Positions 12,235 through 26,300 of a stretch of 64,000 bases of DNA are shown one piece after another. This stretch comes from Bugula neritina (Eukaryota > Animalia > Bryozoa), in assembly GCA_964035545.1 (NCBI GenBank), contig OZ037766.1:31858773-31922772 (forward strand), in the 5' to 3' direction. The notes below the pieces were generated by a model. The model saw nothing but the letters and a program-made list of their open reading frames with translations, had not been told where the DNA came from and ran no database searches. The translations under genes and the position numbers were made by a program. Position 1 is the first letter of the stretch, and each line of letters starts with the position of its first letter.

Positions 12235-15200
12235 TTAAAACTTAAAAATTAGATATACTGGTCGTAGTTGTGATGTTACTAGCAATAAACAAACTCAATC
12301 TTGCATATAGATATATATAACTATTTGCTCAAATGTTTCTATAAAACTAAAACATATAAAACTATGCTGAAAAATCTCTCAGTACTTCTTCTTAGAAGTT
12401 TCTAATTTGCTAAATTCTTAAAAAAACAAAAGTGACTTGAGTACATTAATGCAAGCTGAGGAAGAACATGAACTGATGTTATCTGCATTCTTGTCTTTTT
12501 AAGAAATCACGTTTGACAAAGCAAAAAATCCAGGTTACAAGGGACTGAAAGCTAAAATATCTCGTGCTTAACTTTTTGCAGCAAAGGAGCTTTAAGCTGG
12601 TCTGTATTTATAAGACAGTACTCAATCAGTGCTTTTAATAGAGTTAAATGCCAACTAATTCATATAATGATTCTTTTGTTACAAAAGAATTTATCTTTAT
12701 TAGTTGCTTATCCAAAAGGATAAAAGAATAAGCAAAGTAAATTCTTTTATTGCATAAGAATTTACTTTGCTTATCATTAGTCAATAACATTCTCATGAAC
12801 TATCTCTAAATTGAGCAACTAAATTTTTCACACTGAATAAACAGCAGATGTCAAAGTCTGGTAAGAAGAAATTCTGCTGATGTTATCTATTTAATTAAAG
12901 TTACATTTCTTTTCAAATATTAAACTAACAATTATATAATACAACAAAAAGACATTCTAACATGTGTACCTGTCATAAAAGCTATACTAGTGCATGTTCT
13001 TACAACCTACTTACTCTTGTGTAACTCAAATTAACAGTATTTCACACCTACGTAGGAACTCGTAGCTGAAGTAGGATGCAATAAGACTGTAGCTTGGAGC
13101 TAACTGTCTCAGTCAGCAACTCAACTGTACTCACATTTACTTGTGCATATGCATATATGTATGCAATTCTTATGTAATATAGTGTCATGGCTCTTGAACC
13201 TATCCTGCAGCTCTTTTCTCAAAACAAATAGAGTGAAAGGTATTTCTTTAGCATGAAACTATTTATTAGAAAAGCAGAACAAGGCTACATGAGTTTAACA
13301 ACAATATACAACATGACAGCTACAAACAGCTACAAGCTGTTATAATATGAAAGCTGTAGCTGAGAGAAGGCCGATTGCATAAACAAAAGCATTATAGAAC
13401 CTAATTTGGATCTATATTTATTCTAATAAAAATTACTTTTGTACACTCTTTTATTCTTTTAAATAGGAAGCAACGTCTATCTCTTTTCTCACTGCATAAC
13501 TATTATATTTATTAAACTTTGTGCTATTTTCAAATCACTACTAAGTGATGGTTTGCAGGGCTTCCTAGCTGAGAGTGTACATGGGGAGATAATTTCTTCA
13601 CTCTTTGGTTTACCATAATATTTGTATATTGAGTGCCGGTACAGTAGTTTCAGTTTGTATTGTTGATAATTTTCTGTCATTTAGACTGTAGATTTTATAT
13701 TTTACCTCACAAACAGTTGAGTCAAAAAGCTGTATTTGCAATGCTTACTGGACAGGTGAATAAAGTTATTACATGTCTTCCCAAATCAAATTATGTTATG
13801 TAATTTTTATGTCACCACAATGGTCGATTTAGTTTACAATAAGCAGCTGTTAATTATTTATTAAAATTCATATCTGTTTCCCTAAAAGTTGTATTACATT
13901 TTTGTTGTGTTGGTTGTACAATTACTATGATTTCTGGGATATATGGTTTTGTTTACATTTATTGGTTGACTTGTGGTGGAAATGTGCTAAAAATATATGC
14001 AGGTGTCAATAAGAAATTAATTCATAGTTTATTTTCAATTTAAAAAAATTATATTCAACAAATACTGTAGTTGATGATGAATTAAACTGCTAATTCACCA
14101 AATGGTTGTGTTACCACATCAGAGACCCAACTTGTAGTACAAGTGGTATAGTATACTTTATAATGTAAATTTAAGTACAACATTATTATTTACTTTTGTT
14201 TATATTTCAGTTACTGCTGTTATTATTGTATAGTGTTGCTGATCATTTATAATATTGAAATTGAATAATAATAATATTGAACTTTATAATAATTGAAGAT
14301 TTGAACCTAGCAGAATTGTGCAGATTATTTTGATGGGAAACTTTTTTTATATTTACAAGAAAGCCACAGCGACAAAACACTGGAACATAAATAAAGTTAT
14401 TTGTCACTTTATAAATATATTAAACATTGAAGAGAACTAATGGTGTAGCACTTCATAGTAGCATTGCTCATTTGCAACAGTGGAAGGGATTTATCTTGAA
14501 AATTGGAAAACTTGACTAAATCGCTAAACACATATAAAATGTAAAAACAACATAAATTGTCCAAAACTCAAACTTTCAGCCTAGATCTGAGACAGCACAA
14601 TTCACGTTACTCTACGTTTGAAAGAGTTGTCTTTCTTATGCTACTCTACATTTGAAGGAGCTGTCTCTCTTATGCTGCTTTTTATTTGAAGGAGTTGTTT
14701 CCCTCGTGTTACACTATATTTGAAGAATTAAAAAGCTCTGACAAAATATTCATTTTAATTGTCATATATAAACAATAATTCATATAAATATTATATGCTT
14801 CATTTCCATTTAAAATAATGTGCTTTTCATGCACATATTCTTTTCTTTTGTGCAACACAAAACTCAACACAACAAACTGTCTAAAAAGTGTATAATATTT
14901 GAAAGTCGAATCCCAATTTGTTTTTATGGGCTTATTTTTTTCATAGCTATAGAGAGCTTTAAAATCAATCAAAGGAATATAGCGTGCACACCTGCTTTGC
15001 AGGTTATGACTTACAGTATCAAAATTATATGATAAAATTAATAAATAGTTAAGCTTTGCAAAAGTATCTGTATATTTTACAACAGTTGAAAGAGTTACTT
15101 TTTTGCAATATGGGTATATTTAATTATAACAAAATACATCATGCAAGATATACATTTTCTATTAAATTTTCCAACCTCCTCCTACATGTATGTTTGATGT

Positions 15201-15456
15201 ATAGTCTAGTTGAGAGATGATGAGAGGTCTAAATGTTTACTATTGGTGTAAGTTAGTTATACTTCATTTGTGAAGAGTATATATCTAAGCCTATCACAAG
15301 ATGAGTATACATTACAACAATATATTAAAATAGTTGGGTATGAAAAGAAAGTGCTATGTCAATTTATCACATTGAAATCAAAAAGACTCTATCAGCAAAG
15401 TTATAAAATAATAGTCATTGAAAGCACATAGATAGTCTATCCTGTATGATATCAAC

Positions 15457-16478
15457 ATGAATAGAAAGACATTTGCTCTGATTTGTGTAGTTTCGGCAGC
15501 ATATCTTGCTGGAGCAAGCTCAGCAGCATGTGATGGTGAGTAATATTCTATTGCCATGCTAAAGTAACTAAGAAAGAGACAAATTTTGTATTTTCACAAC
15601 TATAGTTTGAGTACCTAGTTAAAAAAAGGATTGGTAACACAAAAAAGCTATATAAAGTTGTTGTTATACATGTGTACGAACTTATCTGTGTTTCATTTTA
15701 TGCAATACTGTGTATTCCCCAAAGATAATATTTTAGCTCTATTTCCAGATGCCTTGTCATGTCCGAGGGGTTATCTATACAACCCTCACTCTATGTCATG
15801 TTTCAAAATCAGCACTCAGAAGAAAAACTGGGTCGATGCGAAAGCTGCCTGTCAGAGTGTTGGAGACAGACTGGCTGTGTTTGATAGTCTGGAAACCATA
15901 TCTTGGGCCAAACACATGAGGAAAACTCATCAAGGTGATGTGAAACATGCAAAATAGGAAGGTTTAGTTTTTATTGTGTTTTATTGGATTAAGAGTTGTC
16001 TATAAGCTATTAAAAATATAATGTTGGATTAAGAGTATAAGTTATTAAAAGTTATAATGTAGGATTGTCTAAACTTACTTTAGGAAAGTAGGAGACTTTG
16101 ACAAACTCATTTCGAATAAACCAGATCTTTCCCAAGATACATGTATGCAGTATATTATATGCAAATTATTTAAATTATATCACAACAGCCTATTATGTGG
16201 TTAATAAGTCTTAATAATTTAAAACTACTTCTACAGACTGGATTCCATACATTGATAATAAATTATGGATTGGTGGTAGAGACTTTCACGACCGATGGCA
16301 ATGGGATGGTAACGTTAGAAAGGACATAGTGGTGGCTGATTGGCATGAGGATGAACCTAACAACCATAATGGCCCCCAAGATTGTCTTGGCTTCTTTAGC
16401 AAGAGTAAAGAACTGCAATGGGATGATGTAACATGCTCATATGCTACGTATTTTATATGTGAGAAATCTTTGAGATAA
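15457..16478 (+). CDS. Secreted C-type lectin copy 3, EPN motif, 168 aa; exons 15457-15535, 15749-15934, 16237-16478
   Basis: Open spliced frame; exon 3 encodes WHEDEPNNHNGPQDCLGFFSKSKELQWDDVTCSYATYFICEKSLR. Confidence 0.95.
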
Positions 16479-17519
16479 ACTTTTAGTAAACCGCCATGTT
16501 AAAAATAAGCCATTTCTACAAAATTTGTGTTGAAGACAATAGTTATTGCTAATATAAGAATACTCTGAATACAAATAAAGTTCTTTCATTCTCATTCAAG
16601 CTGATCTTTTCATAAAAGAAGAAAGACTATAATTGTGTTTCCGTTGTTTCTAAAAACTTTTAAAGAAGAGACACAAAAGAGCATGACAAAAATGTATTAT
16701 TAACTTACGTGGCCTAAATGGTATAAAGCCGTTATCAGTGAAGATTCTTGCTAATTTGAGAATATTTTGGATATATAATATACAAGTATTAAGCTCAGCA
16801 GAAATCAATGTCTTAGATTTGCCAACCAATTATTATTGTTTGATTCTAATTAAAGTTTATTAGAGCTGGGCATGTTGAGAGTGGTCATAATTTCAATACA
16901 TCAGGCTGTAGGAATAGCAGAAATTGTGTACACCTTGAAATGGATGAGTTTTACTAATAAACTGTAAAGAAGTTATTGTAGGCCTATAGACATTATATAT
17001 TTGGACCATTACAATGCAATTTTTCAAATTATTTATCTTATATAATTTAGCTACAGCCGTTGCCCTTAATATGACATCATAATAATTCTAATTTATAAGT
17101 ATTATAGCAGCTAATGAGAATTCTTCTACATTTGTACAATAACTACAGCCAATTACTGAAGTATATAGCCTACAGCGAAAAGCTGAAATTTAAAACTAAA
17201 TTATTTGCACTAGTTAAAAGTTTTTTTGCAAAAAGCGCCGAAATCATTAGAACATGTTAATTAATATGAAGGATAACAGACAGACAAAAGACTATATATT
17301 GCTACAAGCATTAGTATTCTTCTTGTTTGGTGCCTTTTGTCTGTTATTCTTCATATTACAGTACATTCATTAATAAAATCAAAACACAAGATTTTATCAC
17401 TACAATAAATATTTAGATTAATGAGTGTTTAGAATAATTAAACTGGACAACATATTATGGAAACACTTATTACTGTTATATATCTATATATCACTTATTA
17501 CTGTTTTCATCTATAAATG

Positions 17520-18076
17520 TAGCAGGCCTGTGTCAAACTATGAAAATGACACACCCTGTGTGCAGGTGTATGCCTGGGGTGTAGTATAGGCCTGTGTTTG
17601 ACTATGAAAATGACACACCCTGTGTGCAGGTGTATGCCTGGGGTGTAGTAGGCCTGTGTCAGACTATGGGTGACACACCCTGTGTGCAGGTGTAAGCCTG
17701 GGGTGTAGTAGGCCTGTGTCAGTCTATGAACATGACACACTCTGTGTGCAGGTGTATGCCTGGGGTGTAGTAGGCCTGTGTCAGACTATGAACATGACAC
17801 ACTCTGTGTGCAGGTGTATGCCTGGGGTGTAGTAGGCCTGTGTCAGACTATGAATATGACACACTCTGTGTGCAGGTGTATGCCTGGGGTGTAGTATAGG
17901 TCTGTGTCTGACTATGAATATGACACACTCTGTGTGCAGGTGTATGCCTGGGGTGTAGTAGGCCTGTGTCAGACTATGAACATGACACACCCTGTGTGCA
18001 GGTGTATGCCTGGGGTGTAGTAGGCCTGTGTCAGACTATGAATATGACACACCCTGTGTGCAGGTGTATGCCTGGG
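17520..18076. repeat. 62-bp minisatellite, 9 copies
   Basis: Same unit as 10548-10912, at the paralogous position in unit 3. Confidence 0.95.
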
Positions 18077-20923
18077 CAGTGATATATGGAGGACAGGCTG
18101 TTGCCGATGTAATTTGTCTCCCTTCTTCAAGCTGCTGCCGCTAACGAATCCTAAAGAACAATGAGGCTGTTACAGTTTAATGCCAACATCTTTGCAGAAA
18201 CTACCAGTGCATAGTGATAAACAATGACGGAACTGCTTTATGGGCTCTAATGCAAGATTTTTCCTCGGGTTTACCCGTCAAGCCTTTTCCATGGTTAGGT
18301 GTTTCAACAAAGCAGAGGACGTTTAGAATCACAATTTTTTTCTCCTAAATGAGCTGTCTTCCCAGGCTAATAATTCCCACCAGCCCAAAGTACTGGTTAT
18401 AAGGTGCCTGTAACTGGCCTTTATCCGTTCACCTATATCTATGCAGGCTACGAGTTGGACATGGTTGAAATTGACCATCTAAAAACCTACAAAAGCCTCA
18501 TCAGATGAGACTTACTAATTCTTACTTACTTATTCTGTATCTTACAGTTAGACTGTCTTTACAATATCTTTACTAAAATATCAAAATGCTTGTGATTTGA
18601 AACTTAAAAATTATATACTAATCGTAATTGTGCTGTTACTAGCAATAAACATACTCAATCTTGCATATAGATATATAACTATTTGCTCAAATGTTTCTAT
18701 AAAACTAAAACCAATAAAACTACTAAACAAATCTCTCAGTAGCTATACTACTTCTTAGAAATTTCTAAATTCTCAAAAAACAAAAGTGACTTGAGTACAT
18801 TAATGCAAGCTGAGTGAGAACATGAACTGATGTTATCTTCATTCTTGTCTTTTTGAGAAATCACGTTTGACAAAGCAAAAAAACCAGGTTACAAGGAACT
18901 GAAAGCTAAAATATCTCGTGCTTAACTTTTTGCAGGAACCGAGCTATAAGCTGTTCTGTATTTGTAAGACGGTACTCAATCAGTGCTTTCAATAGAGTTA
19001 AATGGCAACTAATTCATATAATGATTCTTTTGTTACAAAAGAATTTATCTTTATTAGTTGCTTATCCAAAAGGATAAAAGAATAAGCAAAGTAAATTCTT
19101 TTATTGCAAAAGAATTTACTTTGCTTATCATTAGTCAATAACATTCTCATGAACTATCTCTAAATTGAGCAACTAAACTTTTCACACTGAATAAACAGCA
19201 GACGTCAAAGTCTGGTAAGAAGAAAATCTGCTGATGTTACCTATTTAATTATATGTTACATTACTTTTCAAATCCTATAAACTTTGGATTATAAAATACA
19301 ACAAAAAGACATTCTAACATGTGTACCTATCATAAGAGCTATACTAGTGCATGTTTTTGCAAACCTACTTACTCTTGTGCTACTCAGAAAAGTATTTCAC
19401 ACCTACGTAGGAACTCGTAGCTGAAGTAGGATGCAATAAGACCGTAGCTTGGAGCTAACTGTCTCAGCCAGCAACTCAACTTTACTCACATCTACTTGTG
19501 CATATGCATATATGTATGCAATTCTTATGTAATATAGTGTCATGGCTCTTGAACTTTTTCTGCAGCTCTTTTCTCAAAACAAATAGAGTGAGAGATATTT
19601 CTTTAGAATGAAACTATTTATTAGAAAAGCAGAACGAGGCTGCCTACACTTAGCAACAATATACAACATGACAGCTACAAACAGCTACAAGCTATAATAA
19701 TATGAAAGCTATAGTTGACAGAAGGCTGATTGCATCAACAAAAGCATTATAGAACCTAATTGGGATCTATATTTATTCTAATAGAAATTACTTTTGTACA
19801 CTCTTTTATTCTTTTAAATATTATATTTAATAAACTTTGTGATATTTTCAAATTACTACTAAGTGATGATTTGCAGGACTTCCTAGCTGAGAGTGTACAT
19901 GGGAGATAATTTCTTCATTTTTTGGTTCACTATAATATTTGTATATTGAGTGCCGGTACAGTAGTTTCAGTTTGTATTGTTGATAGTTTTCTGTCATTTA
20001 GGCTGTAGATTTTATATTTTACCTCACAAACAGTTGAGTCAAAAAGCTGTATTTGCAATATGCTCACTCAACAGGTGAATAAAATTATTAGATGCAGCAT
20101 TATGTTATGTCTAAGCAAATCAAATTATGTTATGTAATTTTTATGTCATCAAAATGGTCGATTCAGTTTACAATAAGCAGCTTCTGATTATTTATTAAAG
20201 TTCATATCTATTTCCCTAAAAGTTGTATTGCATTTTTGTTGTGTTGGTTGTACAATTACTATGATTTCTGGGATATATGGTTATGTTTATATTTATTGGT
20301 TGACTTGTGGTGGAAATGTGCTAAAAATATATGCAGGTGTCAATAAGAAATTAAATCATAGTTTATTTTCAACTTAAAAAAATTGTATTCAACAAATACT
20401 GTTGCTGATGATGAATTAAACTGTTAATTCACCAAATAGTTGTGTTACCACATCAGAGACCCAACTTGTAGTACAAGTGGTATAGAATACTTTATAGTGT
20501 AACTTTGAGTATAACATTATTATTTACTTTTGTTTATATTTCAGTTACTGGTGTTATTATTGTATAGTGTTGCTGATCATTTATAATATTGAAATTGAAT
20601 AATAATAACATTGAACTTTATAATAATTGAAGATTTGAACCTAGCAGAATTGTGCAAATTATTTTGATAGGAAGTTTTTTTATATTTACAAGAAAGCCAC
20701 AGCGACAAAACCCTGGAACATAAATAAAGTTATTTGTCACTTTATAAATATATCAAACATCGAAGAGAACTAATGGTGTAGCACTTCATAGTAATATTGC
20801 TCATTTGCAACAGTGGAGGGGATTTATCTTGACTAAATCGTTAAACACATAAAAATGTAAAAACAGCATAAATTGTCCAAAATTCAAACTTTCAGCCTAG
20901 ATCTGAGACAGCACAATTCACTT

Positions 20924-21165
20924 TACTCTACATTTGAAGGAGTTGTCTTTCTTATGCTACTCTATATTTGAAGGAGTTGTCTTTCTTATGCTACTTTATA
21001 TTTGAGGGAGTTGTTTCCCGCTTGTTACTCTACATTTGAGGGAGTTGTCTCTCTTATGCTACTTTATATTTGAAGGAGTTGTTTCCCTCTTGTTACTCTA
21101 CATTTGAGGGAGTTGTCTCTCTTATGCTACTTTATATTTGAAGGAGTTGTTTCCCCCGTGTTACA
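20924..21165. repeat. 34-bp tandem repeat, 7 copies (2 copies at about 5302-5372, 3 at about 14608-14712)
   Basis: Unit tactctacatttgaaggagttgtctttcttatgc with variants. Confidence 0.9.
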
Positions 21166-21913
21166 CTATATTATTTGAAGAAGTAAAGAACCTTTGACCA
21201 AATATTCATTTTAATTGTCTTCTATAAACAATAATCCATATAAAACTTATATGCTTCTTTTTCATTTAAAATAATGTGCTTTTCATGTACATATTCTTTT
21301 ATTTTGTACAACACAAAACTCAACACAGCAAACTGTCTAAAAACTGTAAAATATGTGAAAGTCAAATCCTAATTTGTTGTTATGGGTTTATTTTTTGCAT
21401 AGCTATAGAGAGCTTGAAAATCAATCAAAGGAATATAGCGTGCACACGTGCTTTGCAGATTATGACTTACAGTATCAAAAATATTATGATAAAATTAATA
21501 AATAGTTAAGCTTTGCAAAAGTATCTGTATATTTTACAACAGTTGAAAAAATTATTTTTTTGCAATATGGGTATATTTAATTATAACAAAATACATCATG
21601 CAAGATATACATTTTCTATTAAATTTTCCAACCTCCTCCTACATGTATGTTTGATGTATAGTCTAGTTGAGAGATGATGAAAGGTCTAAATGTTTACTAT
21701 TGGTGTAAGTTAGTTATACTTCATTTGTAAAGAGTATATATCTAAGCCTATCACAAGATGAGTATACATTACAACAATATATTAAAATAGTTGGGTATAA
21801 AAAGAAAGTGCTATGACAATTCATCACATTGAAATCAAAAAGACTCAATCAGTAACACTATAAAATAATAGTCATTGAAAGCACATAGATAGCCTATCCT
21901 GTATGATATCAAC

Positions 21914-22972
21914 ATGCATAGAGAGACATTTGCTCTGATTTGTGTAGTTTCGGCAGCATGTCTTGCTGGAGCAAGCTCAGCAGCATGTAATGGTGAGTAA
22001 TATTTCATTGCAATGCTAAAGTAACTAAGAAAAAAACAAATTTTGTATTTTCACAACTAGTTTGAGTAGTTTAAGAAAGAGGATTGGTAACACAAAAAAG
22101 CTATATAAAATTGTTGTTATACATGTGTACGAACTTATCTGTGTTTCATTTTATGCAATACTGTGTATTCCCCAAAGATAATATTTTAGCTCTATTTCCA
22201 GATGCCTTGTCATGTCCGAGAGGTTATCTATACAACCCTCACTCTATGTCATGCTTCAAAATCAGTACTCAGAAGCGAAATTGGGATGATGCAAAAGCTG
22301 CCTGTCAAAGTGCTGGAGAGAGACTGGCTGTGTTTGATAGTCTGAAATCTATTTCTTGGGCCAAACACATGAGGAAAACCCATCAAGGTGATGTAAAATA
22401 TGCAAAACAGGAAGGTTTAGTTTTTATTGTGTTTTATTGGATTAAGAGTATAATTGAATTTGAGCAACTTGCGAATGCAATTTTCATTGTCTATAAGTTA
22501 TTAAAAATATAATGTTGGATTAATAGTATAAGCTATTAAAAGTTATAATGTAGTATTGTCTAAAATTATTTTAGGGAAGTAGGAGATTTTGACAAACTCA
22601 TTTTAAATAAACCAGATCTTTCCCAAGATACATGTGTGCAGTATATTATATGCATACTATTTAAATTATATCACAACAGCCTATTATGTGATTTGTAAGT
22701 CTTAATAATTTAAAATTACTTCTACAGATTGGATTCCATACATTGATAATTACTTATGGATTGGTGGTAGAGACTTTCACGGCCGATGGCAATGGGATGG
22801 TAACGTTAGAAAGGACATAGTGGTTGCTGATTGGCATGTACATCAACCTGACAACCATAAAGGAGCTCCTCAAGATTGTCTTGGCTTGTTTAGCAAGAGT
22901 GGAGAACTGAAATGGGATAATGGAGGATGCTCAGATGCTAATTATTTTATATGTGAGAAATCTTTGAGATAA
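21914..22972 (+). CDS. Secreted C-type lectin copy 4, QPD motif with WDN, 169 aa; exons 21914-21992, 22202-22387, 22728-22972
   Basis: Open spliced frame; exon 3 encodes WHVHQPDNHKGAPQDCLGLFSKSGELKWDNGGCSDANYFICEKSLR. Confidence 0.95.
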
Positions 22973-23259
22973 ACTTTTAGTAAACCGCCATGTTATAAAT
23001 AAGCAATTTTTACAAGCTTTGTGTTGAAGACAATAGTTATTGCTAATATAAGAATACTCTGAATACAAATATAGTTCTTTCATTCTCATTCAATCTGATC
23101 TTTTGATGACTAAAGAAATTAAAATATGACTATAGTTGTGTTTCCGGTGTTTTTAAAAACTTTTAAAGAAGAGATGCGAAATAACATAGTATAAAAGTGT
23201 ATTATCAACTCGCATGGCACACATGACAGTGAAGATTCTTGCAAATTTGAGAATATTTT

Positions 23260-23329
<70 letters not shown>

Positions 23330-26300
23330 GGCCTAATATATGAGTATGAAGCTCAGCAGAAACCAATGTCTTAGATTTGCCAACCAATTATTGCGTGATC
23401 ATAATTAAAGTTTACTAGAGCTGGGCATGTTGAGAGTGGTCACAATTTTAATACATCAGGCAGTAGGAATAGCAGAAATTGTGTACGCCTGGAAATGGAT
23501 GACTTTTATTAATAAACTGTAAAGAAGTTATTGTAGGCGTATAGACATTATATTTGGACTGTTATCTTGCAATTTTCCAAATTATTTATCTCATGAAAAT
23601 TAGCTACAGCTGGTCCATCTAATTGGACATCATAATAGTTCTAATTTATAAATATTATAGCAGCTAATGAAACTTTTTCTACATTTGTACAATAACTACA
23701 GCCAATTACTGAAGTATATAGCCTACAGCGAAAAGCTGAAATTTAAAACAAAGTTATTTGCACCAGTTAAAAGTTTTTTGCAAAAGATGCCAAAATTATA
23801 AAACATGTTAATAATATAAAGAATAACAGACAGACAAAAGAAACCAAACAAAGAGAATATAAATGCATGTAGAATTACCATTAGCATAGTAATAGCGTAG
23901 CATAGTAAGATAGTTATATACAGTATATATAATTGATTTAGTATCACTGAAACAATGTATGTTGATTTTGCTGACACTGATGGTTGTTGCATCAACAACA
24001 CTGCATCCTATGTACAGTTACTCATCAATAAAGTCAAAACACAAGATCTTATCACTGTGTGCAAGTGTATGCCTGGGCAGTGATATATGGAGGACAGGCT
24101 GTTGCCGAGGTAATTTGTCTCCCTTCTTTACGCGGCTGCCGCTAAAGTATCCTAAAGAACAATGAGGCTGTTACGGTTTAATGCCAACATCTTTGCAGAA
24201 ACTACCAGTTCATAGTGATAAACAATGACAAACTGCTTTATGGGCTCTAATGCCAGATTTTTCCTTGGGTTTACTCGTCAAGCTTTTTCCATGGTTAGGT
24301 GTTTCAACAAAGCAGAGGGGGTTTAGAATCACAATTTTTTTCTCCTAAATGAGCTGTCTTCCAAGGCTAATAATTCTTACCAGCCCAAAGTACTGGTTAT
24401 AAGGTGACAGTAACTTTCCTTTATCCTTTCACCTATATCTACGCAGGCTACAAGTTGGACTTGGTTGAAATTGACCATCTAAACACCTACAAAAGCCCCA
24501 TCAGATGAGACTCACTGATTCTTACTTACTTATTCTGTATCCTACAGCTAGACTGTCTTTACAATATTTTTACTAAAATATCAGAATGCTTGTGCTTTAA
24601 AACTTAAAAATTAGATACTAATCGTAATTGTGCTGTTACTAGCAATAAACATACTCAATCTTGCATATAGATATATAACTATTTGCTCAAATGTTTCTAT
24701 AAAACTAAAACCAATATAACTACTAAAAAATCTCTCAGTAGCTACTACTTCTTAGAAATTTCTAAATTCTCAAAAAACAAAAGTGACTTGAGTACATTAA
24801 TGCAAGCTGAGCGAGAACATGAACTGATGTTATCTTCATTCTTGTCTTTTTAAGAAATCACGTTTGACAAAGCAAAAAAACCAGGTTACAAGGAACTGAA
24901 AGCTAAAATATCTCGTGCTCAACTTTTTGCAGCAACCGAGCTATAAGCTGATCTGTATTTATAAGACAATACTCAATCAGTGCTTTTATAATAGAGTTAA
25001 ATGCCAACTAATTCATATAATGATTCTTTTGTCACAAAAGAATTTATCTTTATTAGTTGGTTATCATTAGTCAATACCATTCTCATGAACTATCTCTAAA
25101 TTGAGCAACTAAATTTTTCACACTGAATAAACAGCAGACGTCAAAGTCTGGTAAGAAGAAATTCTGCTGATGTTATCTATTTAATTATATGTTACATAAC
25201 TTTTCAAATCCTATAAACTATCGATTATAAAATATAACAAAAAGACATTCTAACATGTGTACCTATCATAAGAGCTATACTTATGCAGGTTCTTGCAAAC
25301 CTACTTACTCTTGTGTAACTCAAATTAACACTATTTTACACCTACGTAGGAACTCGTAGCTGAAGTATGATGCAATAAGACGGTAGCTTGGAGCTAACTG
25401 TCTCAGTCAGCAACTCAACTTTACTCACATTCTTATGTAATATAGTGTCATGGCTCTTGAACTTATTCTGCAGCTCTTTTCTCAAAACAAATAGAGTGAA
25501 AGGTATTTCTTTAGAATGAAACTATTTATTAGAAGAGTAGAACAAGGCTGCATGAGTTTAACAACAATATACAACATGACAGCTACAAACAGCTACAAGC
25601 TATAATAATATGAAAGCTATAGTTGACAGAAGGCTGATTGCATCAACAAAAGCATTATAGAACCTAATTGGGATCTATATTTATTCTAATAGAAATTACT
25701 TTTGTACACTCTTTTATTCTTTTAAATAGGGAGCAACGTCTTTCTCTTTTCTCACAGCATAACTATTTTATTTATTAAACTTTGTGATATTTTCAAATCA
25801 CTAGTGAGTGATGGTTTGCAGGGCTTCCTAGCTGAGAGTGTACATGGGGAGATAATTTCCTCACTCTTTTGTTCACCATAATATTTGTATATTGAGTGCC
25901 GGTACAGTAGTTTCAGTTTGTATTGTGGATAACTTTCTGTCATTTAGGCTGTAGATTTTACATTTTACCTCACAAACAGTTGAGTCAACAAGCTGTATTT
26001 GCAATACGCTCACTCGACAGGTCAATAAAATTATTACACGTAGCATTATGTTATATCTGAGCAAATCAAATTTATGCTATGTAATTTTTATGTCACCAAA
26101 ATGGTCGATTCAGTTTACAATAAGCAGCTGTTAATTATTTATTAAAGTTCATATCTATTTCCCTAAAAGTTGTATTATATTTTTGTTGTGTTGGTTGTAC
26201 AATTACTATGATTTCTGGGATATTTGGTTTTGTTTACATTTATTGTTTGATTTGCGGTGGAAGTGTGCTAAAAATATATGCAGATGTAAGTAAAAAATTA

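Noticed and set aside
10548-18076. Regular 62-bp periodicity resembling a CRISPR array, with ORFs of repeated HTGCV/AYYTPG peptides
   Set aside because: There are no unique spacers and no cas genes, and the context is eukaryotic; the ORFs are by-products of the minisatellite.
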